Of a DNA stretch of 64,000 nt, positions 41,074 through 54,568 are shown piece after piece. The translations under genes were made by a program, and so were the position numbers. Below the pieces are notes generated by a model. It did not search any database. It had not been told where the DNA came from and worked only from the letters and a program-made list of their open reading frames with translations. This DNA is from Haliotis rubra (taxonomy: Eukaryota). Each line of letters starts with the position of its first letter. The stretch's first letter is position 1. The stretch covers positions 434,001 to 498,000 of the forward strand of contig NW_025767408.1 in the NCBI RefSeq assembly GCF_003918875.1, in the 5' to 3' direction.

Positions 41074-41833
41074 GAGGACTCCAAACAAAGCGTTCGTAGC
41101 ACTACGATATTCGTAAGCCTATAATAAACTATAGAGATACAATAGCTCGTAACTGTACGAACACTTTGTGGGTCGGGCCCAGCGGATGCTCGGCACATCT
41201 ATATTATATCTGATAGGTTCCTCAAACATTCCCATCTCACGTCGAGCAGCAACCTCCGATATCTGTTTGATGATATCCTGTACTGGAGTATATATGTCTA
41301 TATGCATTCACCAGCTCAGCGTGTATGGCAATACAACCTGCGGATAAATTTGATAATGCCCTGGAAGCGATCCTGGGATTAACTAATCGACCATGAGTTA
41401 ATCCGTCCGCTAGCCTCCCACGATATAGAATACCGCTCCGCAGTCAATAAGTGTGTTCTCAATGACACTGTACCCACCTCAGCATGTTGTTAGAGCGGAG
41501 ACCGTGCACACTATACACTGTTCATAGGCTTGATAACTCAACCTTTTTACTGATTATATAATCCTGCACGTCTCTTCGCGGCTTGACTTGTAATATAATA
41601 TTAACCGTAAACAGGTGAATTTACCGTATCAAATGTAATCGATGTCCTTCATAGACACGCTCATGTATAACACGTGTTACAGTTGCTATAACAACCTGAC
41701 AGGTGTCAGTGTCTGCTTCATTAGACCTTTGGCTGCAATGTTCTGGAATGAACAACACCCTCAGTGAAACCAACATTTACCACGACACACTGCAAGGTCA
41801 CGTTCTATAACGCATCTGGACGTAGATATGGGT

Positions 41834-42064
41834 TGGTTGGTCGGTTTGTTGTTTAATGCCGCACATAGCAATATTCCAGCTATATGCAGTTAATCGAGTC
41901 TGGACCAGAAAATCCAGTGATCAACATCATGGACATCTATCTACGCAACTGGGATACGATGACAACCAAGTCAGCGAGCCTGACCACCCGATCCCGTTAG
42001 TCGCCTTTCACGACAAGCATGGGTTACTGAAGACCAATTCCGGTCCTCCCGGACCGTCACGGGT
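41834..42064 (-). mobile_element. SINE family B with (CAAC)n tail
   Basis: 14-bp TSD ACGTAGATATGGGT. Confidence 0.86.
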
Positions 42065-43685
42065 ACGTAGATATGGGTGGCATGAGACATTTGGCGTTAA
42101 GATGGCTGGGACAGTTCCTAACGATGCTTTGTGATGCCGATGCTACAGGTGGTGATGAAGTGAGTGAACAAAGTTCGCGGACGCTGTGACCAGTATTTCA
42201 GATGCACCACAATGGGTGACCTTGATGTGCGGGAAACCAGAAGTGATGCAGGTGGCAGTGATGCAGGTCGCAGACATTTACCCTTTTGGTGAACCCACGT
42301 GATGACAAACATTAAAACATATTCAGGGCCAGGTATCGATAAAGAATCTGCATTTGTAGGTGGCGCTAGACTGAGACTGTTATTCATTGATTTGCTGTCA
42401 TGTAAGCCACAGTCCCGCTACTGGAACAAAAGGTCGTTATGTAGCTGAAATAGGCCAATGCAAGGTTACATTTGACTAACAGATCATGACAGAGAAGCTA
42501 CCCAAACAGTCATATTAACACTCAAGCATATACCTTTATGACACCTCTGCCATTCACATGCATCACAATGGACATTGTATATCATTATGTATCCAGTATG
42601 CGTCTATCAGCGAGTCAAGGAGCTCCACAGAATAAGCAGGCCGCTGACAGGGCTGTACATCTACATACTGTCATGTCAAACTTGTCAGCCAATTGAGGAG
42701 TGCCTCCGGCTGAATTTACAGTTTTACAACCAGTTATCGAGCACAAAGCCGCACCGTTCCATTAAATTAGGCTGTAAATCTGGAGTGGTATTCGAGTCCC
42801 AGGCTATACTTCTGAACAGCTTGTGCATCGAGAAGGATTTGACTCCGAACGGTCTTACGTCTTCAGCAGTATCCTACCATTTACTGGCTTAAAGAATTGT
42901 ATCCCCGAAAGATCTAAACTGATATTTTTATGTTAAGGTTCTTTTTCTTTTAGTGTCGTTTAACTTTGTTTATATTATCGCACCATATTAAACAATGTAT
43001 GTAGATGACATTCTTCATGCGCATGCACACATATGTAAAATCATCATGTAACATGTTTCAGAAATTACATCTAACAACTTATTGATCGTTACACAAACTC
43101 GAGAAACAACCCCTCGTTTAGGAATAGGTAGCTGTTCCGCGTGCAACAGACGAACTCATTCCATTGAGCAGGGTTGGTTTTGTAGATAGGCTGCGGTGCA
43201 TGCCCCACGAGGAGTCATCAATGTGCCACGACGCTGGCTCTGAGCAAACAGTTTGTACCTGGACCCTGTTCTAGAAAGTCATGACAGTGCTACGAGTGTT
43301 GAAGTCAATTTTGAAGAATGGTAGCTATGACCGTCCAATTGCTAAAGTCGCTGTGTGGGACGGGGCCCTGCTGTTATTATCGCCAGCACGGATTATACCT
43401 GTTTGTTCAGCACTGGAACCCAATACCTGGGGCCGCCAGCTAGGTAACTAGGCTGTTTACAAGAAGATCAACCAAGGAGTGGTTTTATTACGTAAGAAGA
43501 ATGTTAAAAGTCAATTTTGATTAAACATCGACATTACTGTTTGTCGTGCACTACCAGTCCCGCTTATGGCCATCACGAGCGTAGGTTTGTGATTTATTGA
43601 GGGTGTAATGCTCGTTCTTAGACAGCCATTTAGATTTCATTTTCATTTCAAGTAGCAATGTTGTTTGTCCATGGCGGCCGATCAC

Positions 43686-43840
43686 TGAGTGAGTGAGTAT
43701 GGTTTTACACCGCTTTTAGCAATATTCCACGGTGGGGGACACCAAAATAGGCTTCGCGTATTGTACCATGTGGGGAATCGAACCCGGGTCTTCGGCGTGA
43801 GGAGCGAACGCTTTAACCACGAGGCCAATAACCGCCCCAT
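43686..43840 (-). mobile_element. SINE family A
   Basis: TSD GCGGCCGATCA; intact B box. Confidence 0.88.
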
Positions 43841-45306
43841 GCGGCCGATCAATGGAAAAAGCGAGAGGAATAACGCCAGTCGATGCCAGACTGCCGGGAC
43901 GTCTCAAGTCGTCGGTGTACGATGACACACTCAGCCAGGGTCCGCTTCATGAGTGGTCTTAGCTTGGCGACTTCCCAAAGTCTGTCTTACTCAATGGAAG
44001 TTTCGCCAATCGTAGAGCTAAGGTCGCTTTATTAAACTGGGCTCAGGCTATAACATACATGTACTTTGCAGTTTTATTTGACTCGTCTGACTAACATGGG
44101 CAACTGGGTATCTCTGAAAGCTCATTTAACTTTAAATACACATCAACTACCACTTAAAACAGCCGGTTCATAGTACCACCACCCCTCCCCTGTCCGTACA
44201 ACGTTAAGCTGATGGCATATGCCTCCACAGCGAATGAAACAGTCGGTTCGTAGATCAATAACTAATAAATGGTTATTCTTACGTTCGTATTGATGTTTTG
44301 ATAGAGCGTTTATTACATGTTTGTTGGATATTGGAGCACAGAGTGCAGATCAATCATATCCCTTACACTGATGTTGAATTGTCGCATAAACGTATGAGTG
44401 TGTTGCCATTGATTTCTTGGGCCATCTGTCCATTATGAAAATAATTATGATGTTTCTTTCAACGCTCATGAACAGTTAGGTATGGAATACCGATATTTAT
44501 CGTTAAATATGGGCCATGTGTTTTTGATATTGTTATTTTGGCGTTGGGACTGTGACAAGACGTTCTTCACTAACAAGTGTTTCTATTATAAGGACCAAAA
44601 ATGTCATGCAATGGTATTACCCCACTGTCAGTAGAATCGCGGGCTTACCCGCTTTAACTCATCAGCCAATGTCAGGGAAAATGGCTTGACAACGTGTACT
44701 GCAAACTTAAACGGTCACTCACAATAAGCCTGGTCCACACTGACTGACCGATACCTGAAGTCGACTCTCTTGACAAAGCTTGCGTCCTAACTCTTCAAAG
44801 CAGACCATGCATGTGTGTGCTGCGATCTCCTCCCTTGCTACACATGGTTTACTGACCATTGTCCAGTTGTTAGTACTTCGTGGTATCCGATGCTCAGTGT
44901 AAATGTCAGGTGTATATCAAGGTCAGTCGTTAGGGGAATCTACCTATCGAGGCAAGGCCATCGCGCCAGCGCACAGGACAGGCAACTTTGGGCAGAATAG
45001 TCAGTGTTCAGATCCATCCACCAGTATTTATGAGGGTCAAAACCTGCATCCTTGCAGAGAACAGGGAAGTATTCATGAAGCAAGTGACGTCACAATCACC
45101 ATCAAACGCTATCACAGGTAGTTGTCAGAAGCATCTAAGCTCAACACGGGGTTATTTGAGGCTGTGATCTAGCGGATTGTCATCCTATTCCGAATTAGAA
45201 ACAAATCATATCCATATAAAACATATATATTCCTCACAAGTGATCACGTGACGTCCCTGTTTCAGTAAAATCGATGAAGAAAAACAACATGTTTTCCTTT
45301 CATCAA

Positions 45307-45458
45307 CAATTGTGTAGATTGATGCTCATGATGTTGATCACCGGATTGTCTGGTCCAAGCTCGATCATTTACAGATCGCCTCCATATAGCTGAAATATTG
45401 CCGAGTGCGGCGTTAAAACACCAATTAAAACAACCTACCAACCAACCAACCAGCCAGC
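45307..45458 (+). mobile_element. SINE family B, 5'-truncated, (CAAC)n tail
   Basis: Homology to the 3' half of family B. Confidence 0.8.
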
Positions 45459-47905
45459 CTTTTCATCAAAACCAACACTTGACGCTCAACTTCCAGTTCT
45501 CCAACAAAAAAGGATGCATATACCGGGTCGTAATTTTCCGATGTAGATCGATATTATTTCTAGATTTTAATACCCCATAGGAGTTTCAATCTCGACAATT
45601 ATCGTTCACATGAACCTGCCAACCCACTGCGGTAGTCTGTAAATCGGACCTCTTGACCACGCAGCGCCCATTAGCATCAGCGAGTGTTGGTTGATTTTAG
45701 CACCGGTTGGAAGAGAAAACCGCTATACAACTCCTTCATCAAACAGCGCAGGGGATTTGTGTTTGCGTGGTGATATAAATACCCATTAACAAAACATGTT
45801 TTCTTTTCTCCATGTGCTAATTTACAAACTTGCACTTGCAAATTTAAATTAATGTTTAGTAGAGTGATTCAAATTATGATGTTTACAAGTACATGCATTT
45901 CAAATTTAGATAAGGTGGTAACAAGACAGGTTGCTTCGTCATAAATCATTATTTGTTTCAGTGCTTAAAAAGTCAATTGTCTGTCTATAGGATGTGACGT
46001 TACTCATGAATGGGGCTTGAAGGTAGAATGAAAGGCCCGGAATCTGGATATAATGGCTGAAAGCACGATGTCCCGTAGTAGTGGCATGGGAAACCCAACG
46101 TGTACACGGCGTTGACAGCAAGAAATGTACATGGGGATCTGCACAAACTGGAAACCGTGAACCAGCCAGTCACAGAGCTTGGATTATTTGGAAACTCTAA
46201 TGACATCACAATCGAAATGGAAGTTAAAAATGTTCGAGAAATGTCTCTTGTCTGAGAGATCCCTCGAAGCTGTGTTGTGTAGTACAAACTGTGTTGGTCT
46301 TCCTAACTTCTAAGAAATACTTGGAAAGTCAAGGGGACAAATATGTGTGAAATCACCATCAAATGATTGTTTGGGCGGTCAGTCGAGAGCACAGCTCACT
46401 TTCTGTAAATAACTGTGATCGATCTCTAAGTTTGCGCGTGCAAGAGACACAACAAAGCTAATACAAGCACCCTAATAACACCAACGGTGTACTCCAGTGT
46501 GAAAACGATTGGTCTGTGATGACACGGGCATCACCTTCACTCTAACTGTAAAAACTTCAGCATTTATTTCAATTCCTGAACTTGGATGCTTTTATCGCCA
46601 TATTAACATATCTCCATATACCACTCCCCAGTGTCTCCATATCTCAACAAATCCACATTGTACTGGTGTTTCAAACTGTGTGCACTTTTAGAGTGTAAAC
46701 AATATTTACAGATGCATCACCATGGCGATCGAAATGAATTCAACGGCCAGGGTCAAATATTTGTCCTCTGAGCACTTGTTTACTAACACATTAAATATCT
46801 GGCTAGCCAGCCACAAAGAAAATAGCTGTATTTGCCTGCTGAAAGTATTAATTACCTGTCGCCATCAAACGGGTGTCTTTGAACGTTGGGCCCCTGAAGA
46901 TGCAGTCATTTAAGGGGAAGGTGGAACAGTATATGTCAGTAGGGCTAATTAGTGGTGAAAGTGAATACAAACAAACTGAAATAGGAACATTTTTCGACTG
47001 ACTTGTGTCAGTTGCAGACATATATCTCCGTTATTTGGCAGGTTCCTTTAGGATGTGACATCTCCAAGTTGCTGAAGTGTGTGATGTATGGGCTGAGATC
47101 AAGCCTAACGGGATCACGGATGTCAGCGACAGATCGCTATTACTGATGACGATGACGGTGTCGTTGAGGGTGGGTCCGACGTGTCGTTACAGCTCCTTTA
47201 TCAAACTGTTACAGATGGCTTTTGTTGGTGACATTTCTTTGATCGTATTTGGGTCAATCTGTTCAACGTTAGGGCTAAACTCATTCATAACTGTAAAGGA
47301 ATTTCAAACGGAAGACTTTCTTTGTCCAGTTTGTTTAAACAAATAGTGGAATCTAACGTTTTCAACATGAATGAATGTGTTACTATATTTTGAGATGGTC
47401 CCCGTCAAAGGAAGCACTGTTTCCACATTTGATGGATGTGTCTCTGACGGACAGGTGTTGTCACACGTAGCCTGTCACGTAACCGACAAGCAATCTACAA
47501 CCCATACAACATATTATACATGTCCGGGGCACACCATAGGGACATACAAGCCCTTATCGATGACGTAAATTTCAAAGAGCCTAAAACTATATAAATGTTA
47601 CACGTAGCTGGGATGGACTAACAACACTGCCCAGATTCTATAAATTGTGTTTTAAAAAGGAAACGCTGGCTTTCACATCACGTCTAATCTAATGCTGCTA
47701 ACAGACTGTCGGAACATTCAAACACTCAAGGACATTCAGTGTGACCTAGAAGCTGTTTCCAAGAGTGAGTGAGTGAATCTAACCCGGCCCAGGCCTCAGC
47801 CCTGTAACACTGGGTGGCAGGGTGGGGTGGGGTTGCTGAGGAAGCACAGAGGCACCAATCGTATATGATGAATCTTAGACAAGTTTAGTTGTGCCAGTTT
47901 GTTCA

Positions 47906-48065
47906 GGGGCGGTGGGGTAGCCTTGTGGTTAAAGAATTCGCTTGAAGGCCCGGGTTCGATTCCCAACATGGGTACATTGTGTGAAGCCCAATTCTGGTGT
48001 CCCCAACCGTGATGTTGCTGGATTATTGCTAAGCGCGGTGTAAAACAACATTTACTAAGTCACTC
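47906..48065 (+). mobile_element. SINE family A
   Basis: GGGGCGGTGGGGTAGCC head, B box GGTTCGATTCC. Confidence 0.85.
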
Positions 48066-50620
48066 GGTTAGCTCAGCACGTTTACTGTTTAACGTTACAG
48101 TTGATACAGATTAGAAAGTTTTACAATAATCACCACAAACCCGTCATTACTGGGGAATGGTCTGTTCCAGGTTTAAACGCAGATGTCAAATTCGATTATT
48201 ATTTGCGTGTGTTTGTGTTTCTGCTGCCAATACTACTAACTAACAATGAATAAACGGTAGAAGTCATCTTGTCTTGGTAGCATCTGCTGCCACGACATAA
48301 CCTCATTCTACCATCGTCTACTCTCCAGTCAAAATATCCTAAGGAGAGTTTACACTTCTTAAAAAGTTGACCAACATTGCCTGTTTGTACAGAACACATC
48401 AAAAAGGAGATTCGTTGCCAATGTTGAATCAGTTTGACAAGGACTACTGTGAACGTGGTTACCGCCCTTGTTACAACTTCTCGTCGCCATCTTGGATCCC
48501 ATCTGACTTTGATACATCTTTACGACCTTTGATCATCATTCCGGGTTACATGGATTATTAATTACATTGACATTTAACAGCATGACGTATTTCCAAGTCT
48601 TGAGGTAATTACAACAGAAAATAGTTAAAATGCCTAAAAGAATCAACGCTGAAACACAAATGTAGTTTTGTTGATTGACGTATGTTTGAAATCTCCCGAT
48701 CTCACAAGGCCACTGTGTCTCACAGACCCAGTATATACTGTAAAAAGTCAAACTCAAGTCTAGAATGATTAACCTGGCTCAGCTCTGATATTAAGCAATG
48801 ATTCGGAGTCTACTTGAATCTAGTTGTTGTTTTTCTCTTGAGGTTATATTATTTTCAATTGATACAACTTTATTTCTGTCAGTTATTCTTACTTAAGGTC
48901 CCGGTTAGGAGATCTCTGAAATGCAGCCATGTTTGTTTGGCCCAACCTTCACCATAGCCAAGGGGTATTTTGATTTACGGAAGTGAGACTTGAGACTAGA
49001 AAGCCGGAAAGGTTGCCATTCAAATGCAAATTTAACGAAACATATCCCGCGAAAGAATCCTTCAGGAATGCGAGGATAGACAGAATGCTTATTGATGAAA
49101 CTTAATGGGGCATCAGATGTAGGTTTTTGTGCCATCGAAAACCCAATTATTTTATGTGGACATATTTATGTTTGGATTCGTATCACGAATATGCCTTGCC
49201 TCCATGCGTAGTGTTTCTTATGTCGATGAAGTTCTTATACAACTTCAGTATCATCTTGCACTTGTGTGATACTCCCATAAAGTAAATATTCAATTTATGA
49301 TCAAAATGGTTGTGTAAACAGCCAATTGAAATATGCTTAGTTCTGTTACTCCACGATATAGTACTGTGTATGTTCAAGCGTCACCAACACGGCGTGCAGT
49401 ATTGTTCAATACCCACTATATATCTGAATACATGCATTTGAAGAGTATACAAGGCGCTATAAGATCAAGCCAAGAGCATGAGGGTTGTCCGCTAATATTA
49501 GGCAGAAACCCTTTTTCTTTCGAACATTGACCTCATTGAATAACACGCTAATGAGCACACTATCTTCATTATTGTATTGCTCAACGATGTGAAGGTAAAA
49601 TTATGGCAATTGTCGGCAAAACAAACTGGAAGTCACCAGCAGGAACAGAAGATTTGTTAGCTGTTTGGATCATCCCTTGGAAGTTATTCCACTTGAACTG
49701 GTCGCTAGTTCACTCCCGCCAACATTATTATACAAAGTGTGCCAGCCAAACCACCCACAAACATCCCGTCGTCCACCATTCGGCAACGTTGATCTATCTA
49801 TCGTCTATTGTAATGGTTAGTAAACCTTTAGCTGGTCCGTCCCCCCCAAGGGTGACCAGCATGGGTAGCCATCATTAGCAGCCAGGGGGGCGCATGCAGT
49901 AATCTTATTCATTCTAGTTTTAGATTCGGGAATGTATCCTGCTCCGATAATCCCACATGAAGACGTCTTCAACACCTGAAAGTTTACTCAAGGGCGAATG
50001 AGTGCGATAGAAACACTCTACAGACGTTACCATGTAACAGAAGCGACAGAACCCTTTCCACATCCACTAGAAATCCCGACTGTAAGATTCCGGCCAGATC
50101 ATTAGCATCTGTTTAGAAGTCACTCACAAACAAGTGATTTTGAAAAGACGACCTGTCCTTCTATTTATGAAGGAAGATCGCTAAATGCCAGTCCTCCATA
50201 CTAAAAGCTGCACACCAAGCAAGTTTGGGCACTTTCGGTATTTATAGTGATGAATAGTGATGATAGCGGGTGGTCGCGAAAAGATGAACCTATCCTGCTC
50301 CATCGATAGCATGTGACATAGAAGCAAAGGCAAGTCAAGTGTTCACCTAAATCATACTGGAAAATATCAACAGTTTTTGTAGCTACTAGTATATACCTAA
50401 AACTGGCCGCATAAACTAGATCTTGACGATCAAAATATTTTTTTAAATCATAATCCGGATGAGAAAGCTTGTTGTAGAAATGACAACACCAGGGTAACAC
50501 AACATTGACACAACTTCCAACTTCAACACACAAGGGCGGTAAGACTCACAGATGACAAGTGTGAAATAAGTGTCGCCTCTTAGACTGAAACACTCTCCTC
50601 AAACACATGATCCATCTCGG

Positions 50621-50803
50621 AATGTGTATGTCATGCAATCAGAGGAATGAAACGAGATGCAGCTAAGTGGCTTATTCGGTTGGAAGATCACGGCGTGTTG
50701 AAACCTGGCTAACGTGTATGTCATGATATGATAGGGATGAAGCGAAATCCATCTGAGTGGCTTGTTCGGTTGAAGAGCACGATGTGTGGAAACCCGGCTA
50801 ACC
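50621..50803. repeat. Diverged ~90-bp tandem duplication
   Basis: Two copies of AA.GTGTATGTCATG...AGTGGCTT.TTCGGTTG...GAAACC.GGCTAAC. Confidence 0.75.
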
Positions 50804-53093
50804 GTAGCCCACACAAGTGACGTTTTGTTTTCAGAAGTGGGAACAAGGTTGGGCAGCCTCTGAGCGTATGATTTCATCCAGTCAAGGGCATCACAGAGGT
50901 GTACGAGGTGGTTCACTGATTCTGGTTCAGCTGAGGAATGTCAATTGGCATATTTCAGACAAAGCCTACCGGAAAGAGTTCTCCATGTAATATGTATATG
51001 TTACCCAAGCTATTATTTAAGTAAGTCTGGTGACGTACAGATTCAGGCTCTGTTGCGTTAGAAACTCGGAATTTTTCAGAAGTTAAAAAACATCAAAACG
51101 TCTTCTAAGCAGGTGCTTTCCACCAACGTTTACGCCATGACATACAACGACAACATGATTTGTTTCGTGTGTTGTTTAAGGCCGGTGTAATGTCCCAGCC
51201 TGATGACCGCGTGTTGTAAGTAGAGTCAGGACTAATCCATGCAACATGACTGAGTTTCACGATAAACAAGGACATTGTTGGGCGTCATTGCCAGACGAAA
51301 AGGTCAAGCACAAATATTTATGAAAATCAATTGTTTTAATATTGCAGCAATCAAAATTCAAATGAATGTCTTTTCGGTCATCTTTCAAAGTAAATAATAT
51401 AGCTTCAGCATTTTTCTTGTGTTTTTATTTGGACTATACCATAATAATGTGTAGGTAACAGGTAGTCTTCTCTGTTCATTGAACCGTAAATGTTGTTCTT
51501 TTAAGGTGCCTGCAAACTGCCTGTCTGTGTAAAGGATGGATGGAGTGTACCCACATAACCTAATTTTCCTGCCGAACCTTCTCCCATCTCACCTAATGAG
51601 TACTCAACTAGGCATGACATACCCATATCACCTAATTAATTTTCCGTACCTAATGGATAAAAAAATAGGTGAAGTGGGAGGACACAGGGAGGATACCGCG
51701 TCACTAGTCAACTCTGTAATTACCGGTCAACCACCCACACGATTATAATGCTCTTAAGTGCTTATATACTTATATATAGTCAGTATCCCTCTATATTTAA
51801 AATTTAATCTAAACGAAAATGTAACCACATGGACATTGTATAAGCGGGATACACAATGAGGACATTTCTATGACCACCAATAATTCTATCAATATTTCCA
51901 AGATATATCGGAATACAGGTGCATGATAGAGAATCGTAGACATTCCAGCGGCCTCTGACGTCAGGCTGGCCCCTTATCTCGAGTGTGTATGGACAAACAA
52001 GTTTCCGCGGCCTCGGAGGGTGAGACAGCAAATATCCTATAACCACCTGTGCACTATAAAGTCCCATGCTGAATATGTTACTGAACGTTTTTGTCTGAAG
52101 TCCTTAAGCAGTCAGTTTGTTGTTGAAGGGCAGCAGTCAGCAACTGTCCGGCAATTTCACGTCATCAAGTTGGTCATCAAATTATGAAAATGGAGTCGAA
52201 AGACAAAATATATAATGTCAAAGTGTAAAAGTATAGTCAGATTGTAAGCCACGGTAACAATTACCATCGTTCATGTAGATAACGAACTACGGATATGACG
52301 AACTGATCAATACACCCGAAGACCGATGTATCCGGAATGCTAGACTAACGCTTAGTCTCTAAATATATATAATTTTGTTCGTAACAGACAAGCCCATTTA
52401 AATTGAAAAGGAGCCTCAGGGAGACCAGAGATTCAGCATTCCTGAACCTGAGGAAATCTAGACTTGCTCTATTTAGGGCTTTAGCCCTGCAGATACATGT
52501 AGGGCTTGGCAGTAGGGAAAATAATGTGGTTCAGGGACTGTGAGACAGACTACCGGAATGCCACCACGATGTCAATGATTCGCGAGTGAGTGAGTGAGTG
52601 AATGAGACGTTACTATTCCAGTAATATCTCGACATTTCAGTTCGATGTGGGAGCAGAGTGATACGGTCTAACACTAGTCTCTAATGAACGTGTCAAACTA
52701 TTGAGAAGGAGGTGCTCTCAGCCATTTTGCATTAGCAATGAATAACCATGGACAGTAAAGCCATCCAGTAAACTGGTATCATCTAGACATTGTTTAATGA
52801 GGAGTAAGTCGGGGTTCACTCCTCTGGTGGCTGTATTTCAGTTGTTTCATAGGGGCTCAGACAGAATGATAAGACCTCTGAGCAAAATTGACAACGTGAA
52901 TTTTTCCACCGGTCTGCCAGTAAAACGTCCGGTTTCGACATGTTATGTGTTGCCCAATCAACTGCTAACGGAAAGCTGTTGTTTAGTGTGCTGTAGCAGG
53001 CGAACATGTGTGAGTTAAGTAACAGTCGCACGAACTTGTTTTCGAGGTGTTAAAGCAAGCACCTGTTGATACAGTACTTGCAATCCAAACCAG

Positions 53094-53199
53094 GGCCTAG
53101 ATTGTCGACCTTTCTTAGCGCTAAGACGGTCGTAAGTGCCATACATTAACATTAACTTACGACTATCTCTGCGCTAAGAGAGCTTCGAAAATCTAGGCC
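53094..53199. mobile_element. Hairpin MITE family C, opposite orientation
   Basis: Loop is the reverse complement of the other two copies; CAG TSD. Confidence 0.87.
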
Positions 53200-53657
53200 C
53201 AGCTCCCCAACGTATTGACACAGGTTCGTCTCAGTGAGTCCCGTCAGAAACATCCCTTTTACAACGAGAACAACTTTAAAGCCGAGGTACAGTCATGAAA
53301 TACTGCCTCTACCAGTTCTGATGACATTTTCTTATTGACTCAAGGCATTATGGGAATGTATAATCAAACGTCATGTAACACACGGTCAGGGCAGAGCAAC
53401 ACGACTACAGCAAGGCTTCCGTGTAACAGTCAACCTGTACATACATTGGTGCCGACTTGTACCGTTCACAATGGTATTGCGCAATGACTTATTATGCCTT
53501 ATCCCCGTATGTAATCCCTTGCGTAAGTGGCTGACTGCACGGAGTGGTCACGGTGACTGAGCAGTAATCCATCAGGTGTCACTGAGCACCTGTCCAGGCA
53601 TGTCGCCAACATGTCGCATAATGAACCAACCCTGTCGCATTAGAACTCAACATGTCG

Positions 53658-53895
53658 CATGATGAACTGTCATGTCGTACATTAATGGGTGCTCGTGTAC
53701 GTAATCACGTGACATGATGAACTGTCATGTTGTACATTAATGGGTGTTCGTGTACGTAATCACGTGACATGATGAACTGTCATGTCGTACATTAATGGGT
53801 GCTCGTGTACGTAATCACGTGACATGATGAACCGTCATGTCGTACATTCCTAAGTGATCGTATACGTTACCACGTGACTTGATGAATTGACATGT
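53658..53895. repeat. 55-bp tandem repeat x~4.3 containing CACGTGAC
   Basis: Units start at 53658, 53713, 53768 and 53823. Confidence 0.9.
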
Positions 53896-54351
53896 ATTTA
53901 ACGGATGATTGGTTAGTATAACAGTGACTATACGACACATGCAGATCTGTATCTATAGTAAAGGTAACAGTAATAACATTGTGGATGTTTTCGCCAGGCC
54001 TTCACGGGGCCAGTAGCATGTCAGAACTACTTATACTGTGTTCCAGTAACGATGAACTCTGAGTTGAACCCACCATGCGTCGTTAGTCGGTTGATGCAAT
54101 GTAGATTATGTACTCAGGCGTCGTGGTGTATAAGCTCCTGACTTTGGGGTGGGGGTGTTAAATGCATAAGCTGTAGACTGGCGCAGTCTAATACTATGCC
54201 TGTTGATGACTTTCGATATTTGAACATAATTATCACCGTTAGCTTGGGGTAATGTGTTAAGCAGATTGTAGTTAATGCCTGACCTAGCGTTAAACGGTAT
54301 GTCAGAGTGCACGTGTTTAGATGAAGTTTAGATGTAGTACGTTGCATTGAA

Positions 54352-54568
54352 TGAGTGAGTGAGTTTTAGTTTTACGCCGGTTTTAGCAATATTCCAGCAA
54401 CATCACGGCGGAGGACATCAGAAATGGGCTTCACGCATTGTGCCCATGTGGGAAATCGAACCCGGGTCTTCAGCGTCCACTTATAGGGTCCACTAAGGTG
54501 CAGAATTATAGAGCCTTAACCACTAGGCTAAACATAAACCCCCTACCCCCACCCCCCACCCCACCCCT
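54352..54568 (-). mobile_element. SINE family A with a foreign insertion in its head
   Basis: 13-bp TSD TTGCATTGAATGA; insertion at 54477-54512. Confidence 0.85.
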
